From a virus (lineage: Duplodnaviria; Caudoviricetes): 64,000 nt of DNA. The position numbers were made by a program, and so were the translations under genes. The DNA lies in the IMG/VR virus record IMGVR_UViG_3300031993_000008, positions 128,001-192,000 of that record, one strand, 5' to 3'. The notes under the pieces are model-generated. The model searched no databases and was not told the origin of the DNA. It saw only the letters and a list, made by a program, of their open reading frames with translations. Positions 19,274 to 28,445 of this stretch are shown piece after piece (positions within the stretch are counted from its first letter, which is position 1; each line of letters opens with the position of its first letter).

Positions 19274-21400
19274 ATGAAAAATTTAATGAGTAGAAATGAA
19301 TATCTTCAGAACACTGTTGAAGAGGGTTTCATTAAGGATACTTTTAAGAAGGGATGGGAAAAAATCAAGTCTCTTTTCAAGATTGGTATGATGAAGGTAA
19401 AGAACTTCATAGCGATCTTTGACAATGAGGGCAATGTTTTTCCTGTTGTTTCCCCACAGGCCACAATTGATCTTATCTCACATATGGATTTTGTGGATGC
19501 TTTTTCACCTGCCGCACTCAACAACACTATCATTTCAGCAGGAGGTATAGGTTGTGAAATGAGGGCACCTCTCATCAAGGATGATGAAACTTATGATGAT
19601 GAGAGTTGGAATGGGGATGATGAATACAAGAACAGTAATGAGTACAAGAACTTCCTTTCAATTCCTTCAATCATAAAGGAACATTATGACTGTACAGATG
19701 AGGAAGCACATGAAATCTTTGAGTATATGATGATTGGTGAGAGTTGGGATGGTATCACCAAGAACAGGGTTAAATATGTTGACAGGAATGAACTGTCAGG
19801 TCTTGCTGAAATCAATTATGATCAGTTTGAGGAAATACTTAATGAGATGGTTGAGGAGAGATCAAAGGAAGGAGGTAAGACAAGAATCACATCAACAGGC
19901 AGGTCAATTGAACCATCAAGAAACCTTCTGATATTCGGTGCCCCTGGTATAGGTAAGTCAACAATTCCTAACACTGTAATAAAGAAGTATAATGAGAATG
20001 TTGGTGATGACCCATCAAAACAGATTACACTCATATCAATTAACTGTGCCCTTCTTGAGGAGGGAGGATTTATGATGCCTACAATGCCTAAAGAGACAGA
20101 CATTATGAAATCAATCGAAAGATTCTCAAAGACCTTCCCACAGGCAAATGAATTCCTTTCAGGACTTGATGATGAAGAGAATGAAAAGATTGCACAGACC
20201 ATTTCTGCAAGTGCACAGTTCAAGTCAACAGATGCACCAAAGTCTTGGCTTCCTTCATACAAACCTACCGGTGACAGAAACATTGATGTACTTCTTGATG
20301 CATATGCCAATGGTGGTGTATATGAGGATGAAGACGGATTCACCTGTAAGACAGGTAGTGGTGGTATCATCCTCTTTGATGAGTTCCTGAGGGCAGACCC
20401 AGGTGTGTTCAGTCAGCTTATGAACTTCTTCCTTGAGAGAAAACTCTATGACTGGAAACTCGGTTCAAAATGGACAGTGATTGCATGTTCAAACAGACCT
20501 TGTGATGATGGTCAGGTAGAAAGGGTATGGAAGGATTGGAATGACTCTCCTGCATCAAAAGACCGTATGGAAAGGATGTTCCAGTTGGTTCCAGATCCAG
20601 ACCAGTGGAAAGCATGGATTAGGACAAAGCATGTTGATGAACTTCTCCTTGATTTCATATTTGAGAAGGACTCAATGGTGGGAGATGAATATCCAAGATG
20701 GCACAGTATGGTCAGAAAGGGTGCCGGTGATTCAAAACAGGTAGAACCTATCAACCCACGTAGATGGGAGTCAGCATTCAAGAGACTCATAAAGTTTGAA
20801 GAGAAACATGATTATGAAGATATTTCACAGATGACTGATGAGGAAATAGCAAATTGTCTTAAAGGTTTGTTTGACACTGACTTTGTTGCTGAAATAACAA
20901 GCTGGTTGAGAGATCATATGGATAAGATTGACCTTGATGGAATAATGGAGAATCCTGAATCAGTATATCTTCCAAAGAAGTTTGTGAATGACCCTGCAAA
21001 GGCACTCATACTTATCCAAAACCTTCTCAAGGACTTTGAAGGAAGATATAAGGACAATCCTGGTGACTGTTCAGATGATCAGCTTGCAAACATCATCACC
21101 TGGTTGGGAATCAATTATAAGGAGGATATGGTTGCTGTCCAGAACTTTATGGAGGAAATCATCAAGAATATTTTCAAGAATAATTCAGAGTACAAGATTA
21201 ACAACTACATAAAGACAATGCAGACACTCTTCGCCGCATATCCTGAAAGGGATATTGAAGAGGTTGTCAATAAGGAAATTGAAAGAGATGGTTGGGAAGA
21301 GAACAGTATGGAAATCATCAAGGACCTGATGAACAAATACTTCCCCTGGAGAATTGATGGAGACAAAATCAAGTTCTTTGATGACCTTTCAGTTGAATAA
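19274..21400 (+). CDS. MoxR-like AAA+ ATPase (partner of the DUF2201-VWA protein)
   Basis: GAPGIGKS Walker A, ILFDEF Walker B, IACSN sensor 1, DR arginine finger, NPRRWE. Confidence 0.88.
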   Translation: MKNLMSRNEYLQNTVEEGFIKDTFKKGWEKIKSLFKIGMMKVKNFIAIFDNEGNVFPVVSPQATIDLISHMDFVDAFSPAALNNTIISAGGIGCEMRAPLIKDDETYDDESWNGDDEYKNSNEYKNFLSIPSIIKEHYDCTDEEAHEIFEYMMIGESWDGITKNRVKYVDRNELSGLAEINYDQFEEILNEMVEERSKEGGKTRITSTGRSIEPSRNLLIFGAPGIGKSTIPNTVIKKYNENVGDDPSKQITLISINCALLEEGGFMMPTMPKETDIMKSIERFSKTFPQANEFLSGLDDEENEKIAQTISASAQFKSTDAPKSWLPSYKPTGDRNIDVLLDAYANGGVYEDEDGFTCKTGSGGIILFDEFLRADPGVFSQLMNFFLERKLYDWKLGSKWTVIACSNRPCDDGQVERVWKDWNDSPASKDRMERMFQLVPDPDQWKAWIRTKHVDELLLDFIFEKDSMVGDEYPRWHSMVRKGAGDSKQVEPINPRRWESAFKRLIKFEEKHDYEDISQMTDEEIANCLKGLFDTDFVAEITSWLRDHMDKIDLDGIMENPESVYLPKKFVNDPAKALILIQNLLKDFEGRYKDNPGDCSDDQLANIITWLGINYKEDMVAVQNFMEEIIKNIFKNNSEYKINNYIKTMQTLFAAYPERDIEEVVNKEIERDGWEENSMEIIKDLMNKYFPWRIDGDKIKFFDDLSVE

Positions 21401-21437
21401 AAAAGAAGAGAGAACTTTTGGTTCTCTCTTTTCTTTT
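21401..21437. terminator. Bidirectional terminator
   Basis: AAGAGAGAAC...GTTCTCTCTT with A/T tracts between convergent genes. Confidence 0.75.
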
Positions 21438-21438
21438 G

Positions 21439-21858
21439 TCATTCTCCGAAATAAATCTTATAGACTTTATCCTCCTTTCCTATCTCCCAGAACTTCAGGG
21501 TTCCATATTTCGGATAATGATATTCCCTTGAACTTATACCATCACCAGTTTTCTTAGGAAGATAAATGACAGGAAAAACTATACCTATATGTGAATAGTC
21601 AGGGTCTGTTATATAAGTTATATTATTTGGATTGAATGTCTTGAAACCTGTAATATATCCGTTTCCCTCTCTGGTCTGCATTTCAGGTTTAATATATCCG
21701 GGTATGGTGTGAACATAATGGATCTTAACAGGAAGTTCATCTTTAATCTGCTTTTTCTCATCCACATATGTCCTTTCTATTTCCTTGAGTTCTTTTTTAA
21801 GAAGTTCAATCTGTTCTAATCTCTTTATGTACTGATTTAAATATTCTCTCTTTTCCAT
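21439..21858 (-). CDS. Hypothetical protein (early operon)
   Basis: 139-aa ORF. Confidence 0.7.
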   Translation of the reverse strand: MEKREYLNQYIKRLEQIELLKKELKEIERTYVDEKKQIKDELPVKIHYVHTIPGYIKPEMQTREGNGYITGFKTFNPNNITYITDPDYSHIGIVFPVIYLPKKTGDGISSREYHYPKYGTLKFWEIGKEDKVYKIYFGE

Positions 21859-21862
21859 ACCT

Positions 21863-22198
21863 TTATAATTTAACTATATCTCTTCCGTCATCATACATAC
21901 TAAAATTCAGATTACCGTTTTTCCGGATTGTGAGTTTCTTGGTGAGTGTTGGGCCATAGTATGTTACATATGGTTTGTCACCATAAGTCACACCATAACC
22001 AATCCTTTCAATCCTTATGATTGCATCTGAATGGGGATATGCAATCACATCACCAATCTTGAACCTTGCATTTTCATTGGCCCAGGTAATATACAGTTCA
22101 TCCTTTGCTTTCTGCATTTCTTTTTGTAGTCTGCTCATTTCAGAATTATAATGATCCTGGATCTTCTTTACTTCCTTGTTTATTTCTTCAAGTGTCAT
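21863..22198 (-). CDS. Hypothetical protein (early operon)
   Basis: 111 aa; coiled-coil-like N-terminus; host-type promoter upstream. Confidence 0.75.
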   Translation of the reverse strand: MTLEEINKEVKKIQDHYNSEMSRLQKEMQKAKDELYITWANENARFKIGDVIAYPHSDAIIRIERIGYGVTYGDKPYVTYYGPTLTKKLTIRKNGNLNFSMYDDGRDIVKL

Positions 22199-22218
22199 AT
22201 TACATTTCTTTTACAATA

Positions 22219-22250
22219 CAAATATAATGAAAATTATCTGGTTATCCAAA
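22219..22250 (-). promoter_or_regulatory. Bacteroidota primary-sigma (early) promoter
   Basis: TTTG-N20-TATATTTG; shares the downstream TATTG with the 16847 copy. Confidence 0.75.
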
Positions 22251-22254
22251 TATT

Positions 22255-23388
22255 TCAGATGAGCATCACATCAAACTCATCATTGGAGAAACATTTCTCA
22301 ATCTCGTCAATGTTGAACAGATTCTTCTTCTGGAGGTCATTCAGGTCTTTCACGGTCTCCTTTGTCTTTATTTTGGAAAGATATTGACTCCAAAGGAATA
22401 TGGTCTTTCCTACCTTCAGTTTCTTCAGTGACATCTCCCTTCCTGTCTTGTCATTGTCGAACAGGTATCTGACATTCTCCACATCATCAAAGAATCCGTC
22501 AAGATGTTTGGCTGCACTCTGAAGTGCTATGGAGTTGGGAATGGCAAGTGAATCAATGGGACCTTCCATAATAGTGAGGGGTTGACCCATATTGACATTC
22601 ATAATGTTGAAAATACCTGACAATCTGTCAAGGTGAGCCACAATGTTCTCAATACCATCTTCCTCCTCAATATACTTCTGTCCAAGTTCTTCTTTCAGGA
22701 GAAGTCTTTCCACAATACCTCCTATATCTTTATTGAACACATCAGAGTATATCTTGGTCATTCTGCTTGACAGATATCTCTGTTTATTTGACTTCGGGTC
22801 AAGCTGCCTTATCTGATAACCTATAACCCTGTCAGATGGTGATATATTGAGAATATAAAGTTCCAAAGTAAGGGGATTGTAGGCAAAATACTTCCAGTCT
22901 TTTATGTCTATCATCCTTGATTTCAGATACTTGGATGCTGTCTCATTCTTATAAGGAGATATGATTCCGAGTTGTTTGAAGAGAATGTCCTTTGGAATTG
23001 CCAGTTTCTCCAGGAGAGTCATTGACATTGATGCCTGTGACCCGGATATTTTCCTTTCAAATTTCTTCGCATTCTGTTGAATTTCGTGGACCGTAATCTT
23101 GTCTTCAAGTGAGAGATCCTCCCCGAAATGATGAAGGAAAGAGTTGATACCCATATGCTCCCCACAATTAAAACAGTGATACTTGAGGGAGTCAAGATAA
23201 AGGTTTCCTCTCTTTTTTCTGTTGTCAGTCCTGGAGTCACTACATAGAGGACATGCAAAATTAAGTCTGTCATGGTAGATATCAATCTTTCTCTTGATAT
23301 AACTGTCCTTGGCAAACTTGTTGTTGAGTATTTCCTGGATCTTGTTCTTTATATTGTCCAGGGTGTTATTTTCAGAGTCCCCTATCAT
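22255..23388 (-). CDS. T4 gp61-like DNA primase
   Basis: CPLCSDS...KKRG...YHCFNCG zinc finger; TOPRIM EGPID, FDND, KDLND. Confidence 0.9.
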   Translation of the reverse strand: MIGDSENNTLDNIKNKIQEILNNKFAKDSYIKRKIDIYHDRLNFACPLCSDSRTDNRKKRGNLYLDSLKYHCFNCGEHMGINSFLHHFGEDLSLEDKITVHEIQQNAKKFERKISGSQASMSMTLLEKLAIPKDILFKQLGIISPYKNETASKYLKSRMIDIKDWKYFAYNPLTLELYILNISPSDRVIGYQIRQLDPKSNKQRYLSSRMTKIYSDVFNKDIGGIVERLLLKEELGQKYIEEEDGIENIVAHLDRLSGIFNIMNVNMGQPLTIMEGPIDSLAIPNSIALQSAAKHLDGFFDDVENVRYLFDNDKTGREMSLKKLKVGKTIFLWSQYLSKIKTKETVKDLNDLQKKNLFNIDEIEKCFSNDEFDVMLI

Positions 23389-23623
23389 ATATTGAATCAT
23401 AAACGTCCTGAATACTGAACTCCCCATACTTGGAATGGAGTTCTGACATCATACTGTCCTCCTTCTCCTTGATTGATTTCAGAATACCTTCGAGTTCAGT
23501 TACTTTTTCCTGAATCTCCTTTGCCTTATCCTGATTGGTATAAAGTTCCTTTGAGACATCCCTGTATTTCTCAATGATGTCAATGATGTCCTTTATTTCC
23601 TGGTCTGTAAACTTAATCCTCAT
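23372..23623 (-). CDS. Small coiled-coil hypothetical protein
   Basis: 83 aa, overlapping both neighbours. Confidence 0.75.
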   Translation of the reverse strand: MRIKFTDQEIKDIIDIIEKYRDVSKELYTNQDKAKEIQEKVTELEGILKSIKEKEDSMMSELHSKYGEFSIQDVYDSIYDRGL

Positions 23624-23885
23624 CCTTCACTACCTTTGCAAAAACAAATGATTCCTTGATGCAGTCATACTTGACTCCATCAATGGTCAGAGGGGTGGAG
23701 CGCCCTATCGGTTTGACAACTATGTCACCCTCCTTGAGTATTGAACCATCATATGTCTTCAACACCCTGGCAAACCTGTTGTAATTCTCATCAGGAACAT
23801 AAAGTCCTGACTTTGTTATGGTTTCATTCTTTATATCCTGTATAAGAATGTAACCGTTTTTCATCTCAATTGGAATATTATTCAT
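23613..23885 (-). CDS. groES: GroES/Cpn10-like co-chaperonin
   Basis: ETITKSGLYVP mobile loop, LKEGDIV, IDGVKY..IKES..FAKV. Confidence 0.75.
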   Translation of the reverse strand: MNNIPIEMKNGYILIQDIKNETITKSGLYVPDENYNRFARVLKTYDGSILKEGDIVVKPIGRSTPLTIDGVKYDCIKESFVFAKVVKDED

Positions 23886-23890
23886 GCCTT

Positions 23891-23902
23891 AAAAATAACA
23901 AA
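23891..23902 (-). promoter_or_regulatory. Putative middle promoter TTTGTTATTTTT
   Basis: Recurrent 12-mer 5 nt before the ATG. Confidence 0.55.
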
Positions 23903-23952
23903 AAGAGATGTATTTTTGAGAAATACTATAAAATAAAATAAGTTATAAACTC

Positions 23953-23960
23953 CATAAATA
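23953..23960 (+). promoter_or_regulatory. Putative late promoter CATAAATA heading the fibre operon
   Basis: Recurrent octamer. Confidence 0.6.
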
Positions 23961-23985
23961 TCTATATAGTCAAAAAAATAACACT

Positions 23986-24204
23986 ATGGCAAAAGACGTT
24001 GAAACTATTTCTTATATTGATTTGGGTGATGGTGACCAGCATCCTATTGATGCTGTTACTGTCGGAGGTAAGGCAGCAAGTGCTTTCCAGGAAAGTAAGA
24101 TTGTGACAACAATCAGTTCAAGTTCAGATGATGAACATTATCCTTCAGCAAAATGTATGTGGGATATTATTGGTAATATAGAAACAAGATTAAGTAACAT
24201 TTAA
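23986..24204 (+). CDS. Small fibre-associated structural protein
   Basis: KIVTTISSSSDDEHYPSAK resembles a motif seen in phage fibre proteins; first gene of the late operon. Confidence 0.55.
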   Translation: MAKDVETISYIDLGDGDQHPIDAVTVGGKAASAFQESKIVTTISSSSDDEHYPSAKCMWDIIGNIETRLSNI

Positions 24205-24217
24205 AAATATATAGATT

Positions 24218-26389
24218 ATGGCAGATTATCCTTGGACTTCATTATCTGGATCAGATGCACCCGATACATCACATACATGGAGAGGAATATCTATAACTTC
24301 ATGTAATACTTCATCTGCAGCCGAATTGAGGTCAATAGATGAAAATGTACCTATAACTGTTGCAAAAAATAGTACAACACTTGTGTTTATACAATACACA
24401 AAAAATGGTGAAGAATATGATAAAAATGTATCAGTGGGAATATATCCTTCTAGTACAGGTATTTCTAGTGATTGTAGTGGATTTGTGGGTATTGGTTCTG
24501 ATAATAGTAATAAGTATGTAATATCTGGTGGAGACACAACTGTTGCGGCAATTGATCCATACACTAAATATGGAGGTATAGAAGTGTATGCAATACACAA
24601 CTTTGATACTTCACAGGATATTACTTTTTGGATGGCTGGTTCTGGATATTTTAGAAATGTGTATTATGATGTAAATAAATTCTTCAAGGCATCATATTTT
24701 CTTGAAGAAAATGATGGTGCTTCAAGTTGGAAAGATATTGAAAAGTATGGTTGTAGATTTGCTTTTATAGCAAGGAAATATACAACATCTACAGAACAAA
24801 TTCAAGGAGAGAATGTAACAGTTACAGTAAATGAATGGATAAAATACAATTATACATTTTATACAGGTTATACTTATACTATTATACTTGATGTTAATTG
24901 TTCTGATACAAATCATGCAGGATATTATGAAGGTATTGCTTTTTTTAGTTATGACAAAGAAGAACCAAATGTAGGTACAAAAACTTCAGAAATATCAGGT
25001 TTGGAACATGATGCAGATGATAATCCTATATTTGTAGATGGTGATAATAGACATAAAGAATTTGTATATAATCCCACTTCTGATACAACAGGTTATTTCT
25101 ATTTTAGAAAAAATAAATTTGGAGTTGGAGGTATACATTTTGGTCATATAAAGATTATCAGACATATAAATGTAAATATAGGTTCAAATGGTGGAAGTAC
25201 ACAAACACTTAAGTTGAAACCTTATACAGCAGAATATTCTAATATAATACCAGGTATATCTGCACCAACAAGAATGGGTTCAAATAGTATACCATACACA
25301 TTCATTAGTGATGGTTTTTTCACCTCAACACTTGGAAGTGATATGATTTTGAAGTTAAGTGTAAATACTCATACTTCAACTTCTGGATATTATATAAACA
25401 ACTTTGATAAAACAATTGTAACATCTTCTGCTGATTTGTATTGGTATGCTCATTGGGGAAACACAATCTCATATAATCTTACAAGTTCAAGTCCAATATA
25501 TATGTGGGCGACATTGGGAGCAACAGAAGCATCAGAAACAAAGGAAAGTACATATGTTATCATAGCTTCTGAAGGTGTAAAATGTGCATCTAGTGGAACT
25601 GTATCAACATCATTCAGCAGTAGTTCTGGTTTTACAATTGACAGTACTGCACAATACTTATATGCACCAGATGGAAAAGCCACAGGGGTTTCATATAGTC
25701 ATAATGATAGAATACATTTTACATCTCCAAGTAAAACAACATATCCAACTTGTGAAGGTATGACAATGAATACAAATATTGTTCCACCTGTTTATGTTTC
25801 TGCTGTTATGGTCAGTGAATATGGTACACCAAATCCTCCAAGTATTAGTCAGACAAATATAATTCCTGCATATGGGGTTACATTGAACAGTACAAATTTG
25901 AGTAATTATTTTTCTTGGGGTGGTTCAGTACAATATATCAATTATAACAATGGAAGGACAAGAAGTGGAGATATTACATATACCAAGGGTGGAACTGGAA
26001 AAATCCCTTCATTGGGTATCAGTTATAAAAGTACAAATACATCAGCCGATATCAATGGCAGTGTGAAACCATATGTTCAGGCAAATGGTGAGGGAGGAAT
26101 GAGTAATACTTCTCAAATAACAAAGGCAAACCAGGAACCAAATGTGGTTACAAATGTATATACATATTTGGTTAATAACCCTTCTTCATCCACTTCCACT
26201 TCAGGAAGTTTTCATGTGAGTTATGGTTCTATGTTTGGTTTGTGTATGGTTGCAAGATATACATCAGGTGAGGAAAGGGATATATTTGGTGATGGAGTTG
26301 AGGATAGTGTTTCTTTTAGTCTGTCATTACCTTCACACTTGGAATATGTAAAGGTATCTGATCAATTTGTAGATGTATCAGGACAATAA
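24218..26389 (+). CDS. Putative fibre tip/adhesin A, ending in the N-half of an Ig-like domain
   Basis: S/T/Y/G-rich beta protein; paralog of the next gene; C-terminal VARYTSGEER. Confidence 0.6.
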   Translation: MADYPWTSLSGSDAPDTSHTWRGISITSCNTSSAAELRSIDENVPITVAKNSTTLVFIQYTKNGEEYDKNVSVGIYPSSTGISSDCSGFVGIGSDNSNKYVISGGDTTVAAIDPYTKYGGIEVYAIHNFDTSQDITFWMAGSGYFRNVYYDVNKFFKASYFLEENDGASSWKDIEKYGCRFAFIARKYTTSTEQIQGENVTVTVNEWIKYNYTFYTGYTYTIILDVNCSDTNHAGYYEGIAFFSYDKEEPNVGTKTSEISGLEHDADDNPIFVDGDNRHKEFVYNPTSDTTGYFYFRKNKFGVGGIHFGHIKIIRHINVNIGSNGGSTQTLKLKPYTAEYSNIIPGISAPTRMGSNSIPYTFISDGFFTSTLGSDMILKLSVNTHTSTSGYYINNFDKTIVTSSADLYWYAHWGNTISYNLTSSSPIYMWATLGATEASETKESTYVIIASEGVKCASSGTVSTSFSSSSGFTIDSTAQYLYAPDGKATGVSYSHNDRIHFTSPSKTTYPTCEGMTMNTNIVPPVYVSAVMVSEYGTPNPPSISQTNIIPAYGVTLNSTNLSNYFSWGGSVQYINYNNGRTRSGDITYTKGGTGKIPSLGISYKSTNTSADINGSVKPYVQANGEGGMSNTSQITKANQEPNVVTNVYTYLVNNPSSSTSTSGSFHVSYGSMFGLCMVARYTSGEERDIFGDGVEDSVSFSLSLPSHLEYVKVSDQFVDVSGQ

Positions 26390-26429
26390 ATATAATAAGA
26401 ATTAATAATATTTTAAAAAATATAATATT

Positions 26430-28418
26430 ATGGGATATAAAACATGGTCAAATGAATCTGTTGGTAGTTATGCAGGAAGAGGTTTATATAAAAATGGTAC
26501 ATCCGGAGGTGCAGACCTTTTTGCTCCTGATGCAAGTATAATAACTGTTGCTAGGGGAACAACTCTTGTGTATATGGAAACATTGACAGCAGGTATGTCT
26601 GGAGATTATTTGGGATTGCGTAATAGTCCAAGTGGTAGTAGAAACACTTGGATATCAACTGGTTTATATTCATATCAAAGTTATTATGTAGCAGACCTTG
26701 GTGGTGGACCTGGAGGAACTTTTAATGGAACATATGGAGGTAATACCTGTACTGCAATATTTACAATGGAGTCTTATCCTAACCAATCACAGATTTATGG
26801 TCATGCCGAGGGCTCTTGTCAAAGGAATGGAGATGGAAGTCAAGATTTTGAGGCAAGATATGTTAAAACCAGTAGTGGGTTGGAAACATGGGCATCCATA
26901 ACAGATGTACATGGTTATACATATGCTGCCATAACTTTGAATACTGATAGTTACAATGGTTGGTATCATTACTCATATTTATTTTATGGTGGTTTTACTT
27001 ATAATATTACACTTCAGGTATATTGTCCAACTAATGCATATGAAGGTATTGCTGTATTTAATACTACAAAATCAAATAATCAAACAAGTACACAAATAAA
27101 AAACTTAAGTGGTGTACTGTATTATTGTCAGGCAAATGAAAATGGTGGATATAAAAATTTTGATTATACTCCATCTTCAAATACAACTCTTCATTTTTAT
27201 TTTAGGAGGAATGGTGATGTTATAACAAGTAATTATTGGCGCCGTGCATATATAAAAATTGTTATGAAAAACAATGTGGTTGTGTATGGTAATGGTAATG
27301 GTGATTCTACTACTACATATAAAATAGCACCATATGTTGCCAATAGTGGTGTAATCATAACTCCAAAAACCAGAACTGGTTCAAATGGTATAGCATATAC
27401 ATTTAAAGGTTTCTTTACTTCTTCTGCTGGTGGTGATAGTCGTTTTGATTCTACCGGAAAAATAGTGGATAAAGATAAGATATTATATTCCAATGGTTCA
27501 TATTATTATAATGTGTATGCTGGTTGGGGAAACACAATTTCCTACAGTCCTTATACCACAACAGTCGGTACATATTGTACAACAGCAGCATCTGTTGCTA
27601 ATAGTGCTACAGGAAATGTATCAGTAAAGGTGGCTGCTGAACCTGCAAAGTGTGCATCTGGTGAAACATTGTCTGTATCAGTCAGCCCTAATTACAGGTG
27701 GCCTACTATAAACAGTGATGCACAATATCTGACTGTATCAAATGGATTGGCTGGAGGTCAGACATATGGTGGTCCTAATGTGTATATTTCATCCAAGAGT
27801 GGAAGTAATTATCAGTCTATGGAACTGTCAAAATCTCTTCCATCCATTAGACTTTCCAAAGTTGCTGTAACTACATATGGTACACCCACCACTCCTACAA
27901 TTACACAAACCAGAAATATTTATCCTTCAGTATATTCTATAAATAGTAATAATGTGACAACCTTTTTCAGCGGAAAAAATTCAACACAGACCATTACTTA
28001 TACCAATGGTGCCACAAGAAATGGAAGTATAACATATGAATGGGGCGGAAGTAAAACATTGGATTTGGGTATGACATATATGCCTAGTAGTTCAACAGTC
28101 AATTTCAATAACAGTGTATATGTTTGTGCAAAGGGTGAAAACAGTATATATTCTTCAAAAGCATATATATCAACTGCTACAGTTGCATCAAATGTAATTA
28201 CAAATCTGTATCTGCTTGAACCTTATAATCAGGAATCATCACAACCTGATGATCTTTATTGGGCTGACCCGAATAGTAGTCAAAGACTTTTTTTAATAGT
28301 TGCAAGGTATACATCTGGTGAAGAAAGGGAAATCTTAAATAATAACGGTAATCTCCATTATAGTTATTATGCATCTCCTTCTGATATGTTGTCTATGGTT
28401 ATGATATCTTGGTATTAA
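26430..28418 (+). CDS. Putative fibre tip/adhesin B, ending in the N-half of an Ig-like domain
   Basis: Colinear motifs shared with 24218 (YEGIA, FYFRxN, TRxGSN, WGNTISY, YGTP, VARYTSGEER). Confidence 0.6.
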   Translation: MGYKTWSNESVGSYAGRGLYKNGTSGGADLFAPDASIITVARGTTLVYMETLTAGMSGDYLGLRNSPSGSRNTWISTGLYSYQSYYVADLGGGPGGTFNGTYGGNTCTAIFTMESYPNQSQIYGHAEGSCQRNGDGSQDFEARYVKTSSGLETWASITDVHGYTYAAITLNTDSYNGWYHYSYLFYGGFTYNITLQVYCPTNAYEGIAVFNTTKSNNQTSTQIKNLSGVLYYCQANENGGYKNFDYTPSSNTTLHFYFRRNGDVITSNYWRRAYIKIVMKNNVVVYGNGNGDSTTTYKIAPYVANSGVIITPKTRTGSNGIAYTFKGFFTSSAGGDSRFDSTGKIVDKDKILYSNGSYYYNVYAGWGNTISYSPYTTTVGTYCTTAASVANSATGNVSVKVAAEPAKCASGETLSVSVSPNYRWPTINSDAQYLTVSNGLAGGQTYGGPNVYISSKSGSNYQSMELSKSLPSIRLSKVAVTTYGTPTTPTITQTRNIYPSVYSINSNNVTTFFSGKNSTQTITYTNGATRNGSITYEWGGSKTLDLGMTYMPSSSTVNFNNSVYVCAKGENSIYSSKAYISTATVASNVITNLYLLEPYNQESSQPDDLYWADPNSSQRLFLIVARYTSGEEREILNNNGNLHYSYYASPSDMLSMVMISWY

Positions 28419-28445
28419 ATAAAATAAAATAATTAACAATTAAAT

